NCBI GenBank assembly: GCA_965246715.1
Contig: CBDFFH010000020.1
Coordinates: 96,001 to 160,000, forward strand
Length of the DNA: 64,000 nucleotides
Source of the DNA: Chamaesiphon sp.
GTDB lineage: Bacteria > Cyanobacteriota > Cyanobacteriia > Cyanobacteriales > Chamaesiphonaceae
Direction of reading: 5' to 3'
Shown here in pieces: positions 10,056-19,171 of the stretch. Numbering within the stretch: the stretch's first letter is position 1; every line of letters begins with the position of its first letter. Made by a program: the position numbers and the translations under genes. The notes under the pieces are model-generated. The model saw only the letters and a list, made by a program, of their open reading frames with translations, searched no databases and was not told where the DNA came from.

Positions 10056-11408
10056 CTAAATCCAAATATCTGAAGTACAATCGCCGCCGGGATAGCGCAT
10101 CTCATGTGCGCGTGCAGCACCTTGGGGTTCGCGCCCAAAATCGATGTAAAAATCTTCGTTAATTGAGAGTCCACCTTTATTGGTATCGCAATCGATCTGC
10201 AACATGTACGAGCCAGTTTGATTCATGTCTGGGTAAAATTGATTATCCCAAGTGCTAAACAATGAACTCGTGACATACAGCCGCTTGCCATCCAAACTCA
10301 ATTGCAGCATTTGGGGGCCACCGGAGAGCTGATGCCCTTTAATTTCACCGCCTTGCCCTAGCAAGCCACCACACCACACTTGCCCGACTAATTGCGGCTG
10401 GGCGGGATTGCTGATGTCATACTGGCGAATATCTCCATGCAACCAATTGGAAAAATAGAGATAGCGATCGTCCATCGAGATTAACAAATCTGTGATCAGC
10501 GAGGGCACGGGAAAATCCCAGCCCGCCAACTCGACAGATGGTACATCGACAACTTTACGAACTTGCCAATCGCCATTATCTCGATGCCAATGCCAAATAT
10601 TGCTACTCAAAGCCGCCCCTACATAGCCGTGAGTGCTATCGGGATGGTGATGAAAGCGGACTTCTAACGGAATCAATCCCTCCGCACCCAGATCCACCGT
10701 TTGGAGCACTTCGCGTTTTTGCCAGTCCCAAAAGTGCAAATGTTGCCCGTAATTACCCGCTGAGACATCATTAAGATCGAAGCCAGGATAGAAGGTTTTA
10801 GGTGCCGCCCATTCGCTACTGACCATCACATTGTGACGCGGTTGGTACCAGAAGTCATAGTTAAACTCGATCGAATTGGGTTGCTGCTCCCAGCGTCCGG
10901 AAATGTCAAAGTTTTCATCTAATAACAAAAAACCACCTGGTGCATTACCCTGAGCATCACCGAGCATCGATATCATAATTTGACTGGTTGCCAAACAGTG
11001 AACCGTATGCGGAGCCGTCAAATTGGTTTTCGCTTTAATCTCTTCTGGCTCGATGATTTTGTGAATTTTGGGTGCTTTGCTGTCAGCAGTATCGATGATA
11101 TAAATCCGACTAGAACGAATGCCCGGAATCACCAAAAATCGCCGCGCTTTACTCGCATCTTCATGACAGGAGCTACAGGCATTCCAGCCAAAATGATGTA
11201 GTTCGTCACCGATATACGGCATCGGGAGACGGTGAATTACTTGGGAATAGGTGGGCGAGTCGGGATCGCTATCGATCGTGGCGAGATAGTCTGGTGCTTG
11301 GATGCCCGTGCCAGTATACAGCGCGATCGTATATAACAATTTCTCCCGCTCTGCTGTCATCGCAGCTTGCGGAGAGGCATAACCAGGGCCACAACATTGA
11401 TGTGCCAT
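10056..11408 (-). CDS. SBP56 selenium-binding protein / methanethiol oxidase family
   Basis: CCGPGYASP, GDELHHFGWNACSSC, YDFWYQPRHNVMVSSEW, GGPQMLQLSLDGKRLYVT, HEMRYPGGDCTSDIW. Confidence 0.93.
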   Translation of the reverse strand: MAHQCCGPGYASPQAAMTAEREKLLYTIALYTGTGIQAPDYLATIDSDPDSPTYSQVIHRLPMPYIGDELHHFGWNACSSCHEDASKARRFLVIPGIRSSRIYIIDTADSKAPKIHKIIEPEEIKAKTNLTAPHTVHCLATSQIMISMLGDAQGNAPGGFLLLDENFDISGRWEQQPNSIEFNYDFWYQPRHNVMVSSEWAAPKTFYPGFDLNDVSAGNYGQHLHFWDWQKREVLQTVDLGAEGLIPLEVRFHHHPDSTHGYVGAALSSNIWHWHRDNGDWQVRKVVDVPSVELAGWDFPVPSLITDLLISMDDRYLYFSNWLHGDIRQYDISNPAQPQLVGQVWCGGLLGQGGEIKGHQLSGGPQMLQLSLDGKRLYVTSSLFSTWDNQFYPDMNQTGSYMLQIDCDTNKGGLSINEDFYIDFGREPQGAARAHEMRYPGGDCTSDIWI

Positions 11409-11866
11409 ATTTTTATGCTCCAATTTGATGGTATTGATGAAGTCCGATTCCAGTATTAACGGTATTCCGATTCAAATATCGTAGTAGTTATCGATCCTCA
11501 CAAATTTCTAGCTAAAAAGCAAGGTTCAATGCACGGATTTATGAAGTAGATAGACCTGCTAATACGATCCGATCCAGCATTACCAGCTAGGGTTTGAGTA
11601 GCATTGGAACCAAAAACTGGGTTGAGGATTTTAGATCGATCTCGATCGATGCTAGGGTTGGCGTAACTCCTGGACAATATCGCCAACACATGTAAAATTA
11701 ATCATTCTTTGTTTTTTGTGATGTTGACTGAGGTAGTGTTATCGATCGATCTGAGAAGCCGAGGTAATAATCGAGCGTTGCTCAGATCGGTTGATTCGTT
11801 AGACACATTAACAAGCTCGAAAACGTACTATAATCTTCATAAAAATTAGAGCGCGGAGATTTTGGC

Positions 11867-12520
11867 ATGACATCCGATCGTCACGTTACACTGTTTCATT
11901 CACCAAACACGCGCTCTTCTGGGGCACTGACCCTGCTTAAAGAACTCAATGCTGATTTTGAATTGCACGTCCTCAATCTGAAGGCAAACGAACAGCGTGG
12001 AGCTGAATATCTAGCCATTAATCCAATGGGTAAAGTACCAGCGATAAAACATGGTGATGAATTGATTACTGAGCAGGTAGCTATCTTTTTATACCTTGCG
12101 GATCTGTATCCTGAAGCCAATTTAGCACCCGCGATCGGCGAACCGCTGCGGGGTACATATTTGCGCTGGATGGTCTATTATGGTTCCTGTTTCGAGCCAG
12201 CAATCGTCGATCGAGCGCAAAAAAATGCGCCAGCACCGCCTGCGATGTCGCCTTACAGTGACTACGATACGATGTTGAGTGCGTTGACCGTTGGCGAAGC
12301 CTCTCGGAACGAGAATCGATTATCCCAAGGAGATTACTTTCTGGGCGACAAATTTACTTCCCTAGATGTACTTTGGGGACATGCATTGAATTGGGTGACA
12401 ATGTTTAAGCTGGTACCAATGCTGCCTGTAATTAAAGCCTATATCGATCGGATTAATACTCGCCCATCCGTGGTGTGGACGAGAGCAAAAGATGCTGAAA
12501 TAGCTGCCAGTCAGAGCTAA
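11867..12520 (+). CDS. Glutathione S-transferase carrying an in-frame 8-aa micro-element insert
   Basis: HSPNTRS, INPMGKVPAI, TEQVAIFLYLAD. Confidence 0.9.
   Translation: MTSDRHVTLFHSPNTRSSGALTLLKELNADFELHVLNLKANEQRGAEYLAINPMGKVPAIKHGDELITEQVAIFLYLADLYPEANLAPAIGEPLRGTYLRWMVYYGSCFEPAIVDRAQKNAPAPPAMSPYSDYDTMLSALTVGEASRNENRLSQGDYFLGDKFTSLDVLWGHALNWVTMFKLVPMLPVIKAYIDRINTRPSVVWTRAKDAEIAASQS
12291..12314 (+). mobile_element. 24-nt double-hairpin micro-element in CG^ATCG
   Basis: cg|TT GGC-gaa-GCC TCTCG-gaa-CGAGA|atcg; removal restores ALTDRLSQ. Confidence 0.9.
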
Positions 12521-12808
12521 TCGATCGCTAGAGCCGCCAAGTTATCAAAATTTCTGGCGATCTCGCTGGTTTAGGATAATATACAGAAAGTTCCTATGAG
12601 GCATCAGGCTTTGGGTAGATATTCTTGGCAGATATCACCCAAGTTTTCAGGGAATCTGCGGAAACTTTCCGTCTAATAAATAATTCGACTGCTTCGTTTT
12701 ACTAGTTAGGGCGAAGTTTGAAGATAGTTAGTGGTAGACAGGATAGTGTGTGAATCAGGATCTTTTGTTAAGATGTAGCTGATAAAATGTTGACAGCAAT
12801 CGCGGAAT

Positions 12809-13300
12809 ATGGAAGCAGTGAATTTTTTCGTTCCTTCTCAAAGCTATCTTCAACGAGTAGCAGACCTATTTGAAGAGCATCGGAAAAAGATTCTCTACTT
12901 AGTCCCTACAGCGGAAGTAGAGCATATTGGAGCAACGTCAGTACCGGGGCTACTGACAAAGGGGGATTTAGATTTGCAAGTCTCGGTGTCGCCACAGGAG
13001 TTCGATCTAGCTGTTATTCTCTTGCAAACAGAATACTCAGATCATCAACTTGAAAATTGGACTGAATCGTTTGCCAGCTTTAAAGTTGAGAGAGACTCTG
13101 ATATCCCAGTGGGGGTGCAGTTAGTGATTCAAGGTTCAGAAAGCGATATCTTTGTCAAAAGTCGGGAATTGTTGCTTGCACAGGCAGAAAGGGTAGAAGA
13201 ACTCAATCGATTAAAGCAATGTCATTCAGGTGGGGATATGGATACCTACATCAAAAGCAAAGGTGAGTTCTTCACAGTGCTCCTTAAGAATAGTGTATGA
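12809..13300 (+). CDS. GrpB (UPF0157) nucleotidyltransferase-fold protein
   Basis: VEHIGATSVPGLLTKGDLDL, Y...KGEFF. Confidence 0.85.
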   Translation: MEAVNFFVPSQSYLQRVADLFEEHRKKILYLVPTAEVEHIGATSVPGLLTKGDLDLQVSVSPQEFDLAVILLQTEYSDHQLENWTESFASFKVERDSDIPVGVQLVIQGSESDIFVKSRELLLAQAERVEELNRLKQCHSGGDMDTYIKSKGEFFTVLLKNSV

Positions 13301-13471
13301 AATCGCAGTCGAACAATCCCGTTGCACACCGACCGTTCAACCGCTTGGCGATCGTGCCGGGAACTACGCACTATGACATCTTAGCAACTACAGCAGTTGC
13401 CAATCTTGTCGCTTCTTTCTTAGCTGCACCGCCAGTAATAGAGAACTAGTTCTCCTTAACTCGATCGAGAT

Positions 13472-13570
13472 CGATTCGCACGGCAATACCCCGATGACAT
13501 TGAGGGCTATATAGATGGTAAGGATGGATTTATCAAAGAGATCGATAAAAAAGCACGAGTGTGGCGACGA
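13472..13570 (+). pseudogene. C-terminal fragment of a second GrpB-family gene
   Basis: Hand translation RFARQYPDDIEGYIDGKDGFIKEIDKKARVW; no start codon. Confidence 0.6.
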
Positions 13571-13663
13571 CTAGTCGGTGAATGCGGCGATCGGTTCTAT
13601 CTCCGAGCGATCGAATCTATGGAAAATGTCATGGTAAACCTCCGATCGAATATGTGAGCCGAT

Positions 13664-14314
13664 CTATAATGTTTCTAAGACTTCTGACTTGGGGAATCTG
13701 ACTTTGGCCAGTGTTGCATACTTATCCGCTTCAGACCGATAGCCAGCCGCACAAGCGACAACTGTTGCAAAGCCTCTAGCCGAAAGTCCCAGTACCCGAT
13801 CGTAATTGATAGGTTCGATTCCTTCCATCGGGCAGGTGTCCACACCGAGTAAGGCCGCACTAGTCATAAAGTTTCCCAGTGCGATGTAAGTTTGGCGCGT
13901 TGACCACTGATTGATACTAAAACTGCGCGCGCCATCCACCAAGTCACTAACGATCGTCTGCCGATAACCTGCGAGGGTATCGATACTACCGCCCCGAACT
14001 TCAGCAATACGGTGCATAAACCGATTGACATCCTCAGCAGTGAAATTCTTTTTAATTGCGAACACGACATAATGCGAACAGTCGGTAACTTGCGACTGAT
14101 TCCAAGATAAAGGCTGGAGTTGCTCTTTGAGTTCTGGGCTGGTGATAATTAGAAATTTCCAGGGTTGTAGTCCATAGGAAGATGGCGTTAACACTAGGGC
14201 ATCTTCTAAAGCTGTCCAGATTTCTGGAGCGATCTTCTTGGCTGGATCGAATTGTTTGGTGGCATATCGCCAGTTGAGATGTTCGAGTAAATCTGTCGTA
14301 GTGATGTGCTGCAT
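13664..14314 (-). CDS. Nitroreductase (NfsB-like NAD(P)H oxidoreductase)
   Basis: WRYATKQFD, TPSSYGLQPWKF, LGVDTCPMEGI. Confidence 0.92.
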   Translation of the reverse strand: MQHITTTDLLEHLNWRYATKQFDPAKKIAPEIWTALEDALVLTPSSYGLQPWKFLIITSPELKEQLQPLSWNQSQVTDCSHYVVFAIKKNFTAEDVNRFMHRIAEVRGGSIDTLAGYRQTIVSDLVDGARSFSINQWSTRQTYIALGNFMTSAALLGVDTCPMEGIEPINYDRVLGLSARGFATVVACAAGYRSEADKYATLAKVRFPKSEVLETL

Positions 14315-14739
14315 TTGAATATCAGGTTAGAGTTCTGGTGGCGATCGTCAGCATCGGTGTAGACCTCTTTAGATTAACGCAAGCTTAGCTTGGCGATAGT
14401 GTGGCATCTGTAAAATGCTCGATCGCAGTATCCTCACACAACACGCACACCGCAATTAGCCAGGAAGAGAGATCCGGTCGTGGTAGCGTCTGTTGCCCAC
14501 TCATCCATGTTGCTCTCGATCTGCTGGGTGTCTATTTAGCAGCTTCAAATCCTGCTAGTACAATTTTGCCCCGTGCCTTACCGCTTTCTATCAGCGTGTG
14601 AACCTGTTTGAGATTGGCAGCATCAATCGGCGAATACTGCTCTGTCATCGTTGTCCGCAGAATGTCCGCATCGACTAGGCGCGAGACTTCATTGAGGAGT
14701 TTGCCCTGCTCGGCGAGATCGGGGGTATTAAAGATCGAT

Positions 14740-14763
14740 TCTCATTCTGAGAGGCTCCGCCAA
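14740..14763 (-). mobile_element. 24-nt double-hairpin micro-element
   Basis: cg|TT GGC-gga-GCC TCTCA-gaa-TGAGA|atcg on the minus strand. Confidence 0.9.
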
Positions 14764-15169
14764 CGGGTGAACATTAGTTCCCAATGCACCGATACAGACT
14801 TACGTTTAAATCGGTTGATATCCAGCACAGCCGGATCGTCGATGAGTCCAAACCGCCCTTGGGGTGCGATGAGTTCGGAAATCTCATCGAGATGGCGATC
14901 GGTTTGAGTTGTCGAAAAGACGAATGCAGGTGCGCCCAATCCCAGCTTGGCAACCTGTTCGGCAAGGGGTAAGGTATGGTCGATAATGTGATGTGCGCCC
15001 ATTTCTTTGACCCAAGCTACTGTCTCCGCTCGTGAGGCGGTGGCGATAACGGTCAAATCGGTCAAGGCACGCGCTATTTGGATCGCGATCGAGCCAACAC
15101 CGCCAGCTCCACCAATAATTAGAATTGCTGGAGCAGCTCCAGGTACAGCCTTCTTCACATCTAATCGAT

Positions 15170-15193
15170 TGCCGAAGGCAGGCCAAAGGCCAT
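15170..15193 (-). mobile_element. 24-nt double-hairpin micro-element, 4+4 stem variant
   Basis: + strand cgat|TGCC-gaa-GGCA GGCC-aaa-GGCC AT|cg; removal restores MLFDRLDV. Confidence 0.85.
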
Positions 15194-15683
15194 CGAATAA
15201 CATTTCCCAAGCGGTAATCGATGTCAGGGGCAATGCGGCAGCAGCAGCCCAATCTAGTGTCTTCGGTTTCGTACCGACGATCCGCTCGTCCACGAGATGA
15301 TATTCGGCATTGGTACCAGGTCGCCCAATTGCCCCTGCATAAAATACTTCATCCCCAGGTTGAAACAATGTTACCTCCGGCCCAACCGCAGTCACAATCC
15401 CGGCAGCATCCCAACCCAATACTTTCCAGTTTCCCGCTTCCGGTTTGGCACTGAGCCGAACTTTAACATCGACAGGGTTGACAGATATAGCTTTAACCTC
15501 GACGAGCAGATCTCGTCCGGTGGGTGTTGGCGTTGGTAGCTTGATATCGACTAGGGCTTCAGGGCGATCTATGATACCAGGCTGTTGAAAACCAATTGCA
15601 CGCATGTTTGACCTCTTAATGTGCTATTCACCTATGCTAGGTTTTACGATCGGTTAAGTAAAGTACGCACATTTTTTGTACAT

Positions 15684-15701
15684 AGTATCAAAAAGGATAC
15701 T
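15684..15701. promoter_or_regulatory. Palindromic operator between the ADH and HxlR genes
   Basis: AGTATC-N6-GATACT just upstream of the HxlR start. Confidence 0.55.
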
Positions 15702-15705
15702 GTCA

Positions 15706-16082
15706 ATGACTAAAATTCGACATTCTCGGCTCGATTGCAATCCTGGCTGTTCGGTTGAGGCGACGATTAGCTCGATCGAGGCAAGTGGAAATGCGTTATC
15801 TTATTTCATCTATTAAACGGGACATTACGCTTTAACGAACTGCGGCGGCACGTACCCGAAGTCACACAGCGAATGCTGACTAATCAGCTTCGAGAACTGG
15901 AGGTAGATGGGTTAATCGTGCGAAAGGTCTACCCACAAGTTCCGCCCAAAGTAGAGTACAGCATTTCGCCATTGGGACGTAGTTTAGAACCCGTACTTCT
16001 GGGGTTGAAAGATTGGGGGGATGAAAATATTGGTCTGTTTGGTCAACTCGCTAACGAGTCGCCATCTCCGGCAAGCGACTAG
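15706..16082 (+). pseudogene. HxlR family winged-HTH regulator, frameshifted near 15780
   Basis: MTKIRHSRLDCNPGCSVEATISSI, then another frame GKWKCVILFHL..MLTNQLRELEVDGLIVRKVYPQVPPKVEYS. Confidence 0.85.
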
Positions 16083-16253
16083 CAGCCAACGTTAACTCGA
16101 TCCCTCGATCGTCGATAGTTCAGATGGCGCAGGAATGCGATCGTTTCAATTGCTCGTTACGAGCTTCGATGACATGAAAGCCGAGCGTCGCTTGAGCATA
16201 GATGCTGATTCGACTCGGCTGTCGTGAAATGGTCGCTTAGTATAACCTCTCAG

Positions 16254-17630
16254 TTAGAAACGACAAGCATCAACAAAATTACTCATTCTAGATTGAATAT
16301 CGATAATCTGATCGATCCATTCATTTATAGGTTGTACACTTAAGGGAATTGTGTTGTTTGTAATCGACACAACACACTCATCTCCTAAAACTATTGGAGG
16401 AAGTATCATTGATGTTCTATTGAAGTTTTTTATGGACAAAATATTCTGTCCCCAAACTCCTCTCTCAATTAAATTTTTTCTTCCTACTGAGAGTAAGAGT
16501 CTTAGTCGTTCTGAATATCTCCCCTGTAAAATGCCACTTTCTAACTTTTCTAATTTAGCTTCGACTAAATGCTTAATTTTTTCTAAGTCAGGAAGTCCAG
16601 CATTTTTTAGGGATTCTTGAAGCCACTCTTCAACATGGATATTATCTCGATATTTAGCAGCTTGTGTAGCGATAATAAAAAATGCGAATCCAGGATCTGC
16701 CATATCTTTAAAAGATTGTATTCTTTCACCCCAAACATCATAATCTTTTGGTACATTCAAAGAATGAAATAGCTCTTCAGGTAAATTAAGACAGAGAGTA
16801 GCTAATGCAGAAGAAAATTTATATGCTTCAATAGTTTCGCCGATCCCAATTGAATTAGCTAAACAGTGGGCTGCGACTGAGTAAATTGCTAGTTCAGGGT
16901 TGTATAAATTTTGCAATCTTTCTTTCTCAATTCTAGATTTTTCTACTAGTCTATAATTTTCATCAAGAAATGAAAGCCCCTCTTGTATGACTTGCAACTC
17001 CGCGTATGTAGCTGTAACTTCAGTTAATGAAGTCATACTGAAAGGCACACGAATAATACGTTCATCAGATTTGTAGAACGTAGTGAAAAGAATAGGTCTA
17101 TCTTTTCTAGGCGTACCATCAGCACCAAATTCAACACCAGTAGAATATCTGTAGTGCCAAGTCTTACCAATACAATTATTTAAATTAACATAGTATTTTT
17201 CGGTATAGTAAGTTGAAAGTCTGGCTCTGGCTCTCTCAGAATTAGCACTTACTATTCTATGAAACTCTTGTTCATTTTGATTAGTCCATGCGTTGATGGC
17301 ATTATAAATAAAGATTAACTGCTTTTGCCCCCAGAGAGTAGATGTATGATCTAACCAGTGTGTTAGCTCATGTGTACAGGTAGAATAAAATTTTACTATT
17401 GAATTGTGATTTGCTTGCAGCACATTTTTTTGTGAGTTTAAGTCTTCATTCCTGAAATGATTAATGCTTTTAAAAAGCTGATTAAAAGTTTGCATTTCTA
17501 AATAGTCAAGACAAACTATTTGTGAAAGGTCGTCATAAGATCCGATCGTTTCAAGATTGGCAAATATTCCAAATTTCCTAGCATAATTATTAAGGTTTTG
17601 AACACTTCTTCTGTTTTTAGATTCGACCAT
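16254..17630 (-). CDS. AT-rich hypothetical protein with an HExxH metallopeptidase-like motif
   Basis: 458-aa ORF, THELTHWLDH and a later TEVTATYAE; visibly AT-richer than the flanks. Confidence 0.7.
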   Translation of the reverse strand: MVESKNRRSVQNLNNYARKFGIFANLETIGSYDDLSQIVCLDYLEMQTFNQLFKSINHFRNEDLNSQKNVLQANHNSIVKFYSTCTHELTHWLDHTSTLWGQKQLIFIYNAINAWTNQNEQEFHRIVSANSERARARLSTYYTEKYYVNLNNCIGKTWHYRYSTGVEFGADGTPRKDRPILFTTFYKSDERIIRVPFSMTSLTEVTATYAELQVIQEGLSFLDENYRLVEKSRIEKERLQNLYNPELAIYSVAAHCLANSIGIGETIEAYKFSSALATLCLNLPEELFHSLNVPKDYDVWGERIQSFKDMADPGFAFFIIATQAAKYRDNIHVEEWLQESLKNAGLPDLEKIKHLVEAKLEKLESGILQGRYSERLRLLLSVGRKNLIERGVWGQNILSIKNFNRTSMILPPIVLGDECVVSITNNTIPLSVQPINEWIDQIIDIQSRMSNFVDACRF

Positions 17631-17761
17631 AACTAATTTTGCTAATTCTTGGATATATACAACAGCATTTTATCACGCCTGTAAAAACTACCTTATTGCT
17701 TTGCACCTGGAGTTACAGCAAATCTCGATCTTAAATATATTACTAACATCATCCCGTACAG

Positions 17762-17863
17762 CTAGATATCGATCGCGCCTAATGCAGTCAGAGTAGCTTG
17801 CTGTGCCGCTGTCAATCCGGTTGTGCCCCGAATATTCAGCTTTTCGGACGATCGATCGACTCC
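17762..17863 (-). pseudogene. Relic C-terminal tail of an NB-ARC/WD40 protein
   Basis: DRSSEKLNIRGTTGLTAAQQATLTALGAIDI* versus [31 protein letters not shown] of the 22507-26124 protein. Confidence 0.7.
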
Positions 17864-18011
17864 GAATGGTTGAGAAAGTAACCCGCGATCGCATTATCGT
17901 GAAAAAGATCACCATCACAACCGCTTAAATTGGTGCTTAACTTCTAATCTTGACTGGTGTAGACCGAGTGTAAATGACAGACTTTTAATAGTCCGCAGAT
18001 CCAGACTCGAT

Positions 18012-18035
18012 TCGGCAGAGCCGACGTTACACGAT
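18012..18035 (-). mobile_element. 24-nt double-hairpin micro-element, sequence-divergent variant
   Basis: + strand cgat|TCGGC-aga-GCCGA CGT-tac-ACG AT|cg. Confidence 0.8.
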
Positions 18036-18056
18036 CGCACACACCCCGGAGAGATT

Positions 18057-19145
18057 ATGAACCTTTGCCAAAGCCTTCGCCATTACGGGCAATCTGTCTG
18101 GCTCGACGATCTCGAACGGAATTTGACGATCGCGGGTCAGTTACAGCGATCGATCGACGATGGATTGCGCGGCTGGCTCTCAAATTTTACGAGCTTAGAA
18201 CAGGCAATTCGATCGGGAGATTACGATCGAGACTTTCAAGCGATCTCGCATTATTCAGATTCAGATCCAACCTCGATCTATGAATATCTGACGATTCAAG
18301 ATATGCAGTTAGCCGCCGATCTGATGAAAGCGGTATACGATCGCACCCATGCTACCGATGGTTTTGTCAACTTAGATTTGTCGCCCTATGTGGCGATCGA
18401 CACTCAGGCAACTTTAGCTGAAGCCAGACGGCTGTGGCAAGCAGTAGGTTGGTCTAATTTAATGCTCAAGATTCCCGCAACTGCGGCTACACTACCAGCG
18501 ATCGAACCACTCATCGCTGAGGGTATCAATGTTAATGTGACCTTACTTTGTTCCCAAATTGTCTACGAACGGGTTGCAGAGGCATATTTGAGGGGTCTAG
18601 AAGCCTTATCGATTGAGGGGAAAGAAGTCAGCAAAGTTGCGAGTGTGGCTAGTTTTTCAATCGGTCGTATAGATGAAGCGGTTGCTAACTTGAAAACCAC
18701 CGCACAGCAACAAGCCTTACGAGAGTCCCTGCTAGGTCGTGTCGGCACCGCTCAAGCAAAGGTCGTATATCGGCAATATCAAGCCATCTATCAAACCGAT
18801 CGCTGGCAGTCGTTAGCGCGGCTGGGGGCGCAACCACAGCGATTGTTATGGGATCTTACCAACATTGATTCGGCTCGATTTTCTGCCCAGCATTACATCG
18901 AATCCCTTGTCGGTGCAGGCACAGTAATAGCACTATCTCCACAGATTATCGAAAATTACGATCGATTCAGCCCGACACAAGCTAGTCTCACCGCCGATGT
19001 CGATCTTGCCCGACAAACGTTAGAGCATCTGGAGCAGATTGTGTCGCTAGAGACGATCGCAGATCGATTACTGGCAGAGGAATTACAACGATCTCAGGAT
19101 GCTTACCAACAATTGTTGGGCACAATTCTCCAACGGAGCAACTGA
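18057..19145 (+). CDS. Transaldolase family protein (divergent)
   Basis: GQSVWLDD, DGFVNLDLSP, NLMLKIPAT, GINVNVTLL, SVASF, PQRLLW. Confidence 0.8.
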   Translation: MNLCQSLRHYGQSVWLDDLERNLTIAGQLQRSIDDGLRGWLSNFTSLEQAIRSGDYDRDFQAISHYSDSDPTSIYEYLTIQDMQLAADLMKAVYDRTHATDGFVNLDLSPYVAIDTQATLAEARRLWQAVGWSNLMLKIPATAATLPAIEPLIAEGINVNVTLLCSQIVYERVAEAYLRGLEALSIEGKEVSKVASVASFSIGRIDEAVANLKTTAQQQALRESLLGRVGTAQAKVVYRQYQAIYQTDRWQSLARLGAQPQRLLWDLTNIDSARFSAQHYIESLVGAGTVIALSPQIIENYDRFSPTQASLTADVDLARQTLEHLEQIVSLETIADRLLAEELQRSQDAYQQLLGTILQRSN

Positions 19146-19171
19146 GCAAAAGTATAAATCAGAAAACCAGT

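Larger units (their letters stand above)
14532..15605 (-). pseudogene. Zinc-binding alcohol dehydrogenase/quinone oxidoreductase (MDR) family; in-frame TGA introduced by a micro-element
   Basis: AISVNPVDVKVR, IGGAGGVGSIAIQ, WELMFTR; the same frame continues SIFNTPDL..GKARGKIVLAGFEAAK* to 14532. Confidence 0.88.

Noticed and set aside
12535..12548. CGCCAAGTTATC, similar to the mini-transposon internal site
   Set aside because: Single isolated match with no TGT/ACA terminus; more likely part of a hairpin after the GST gene.
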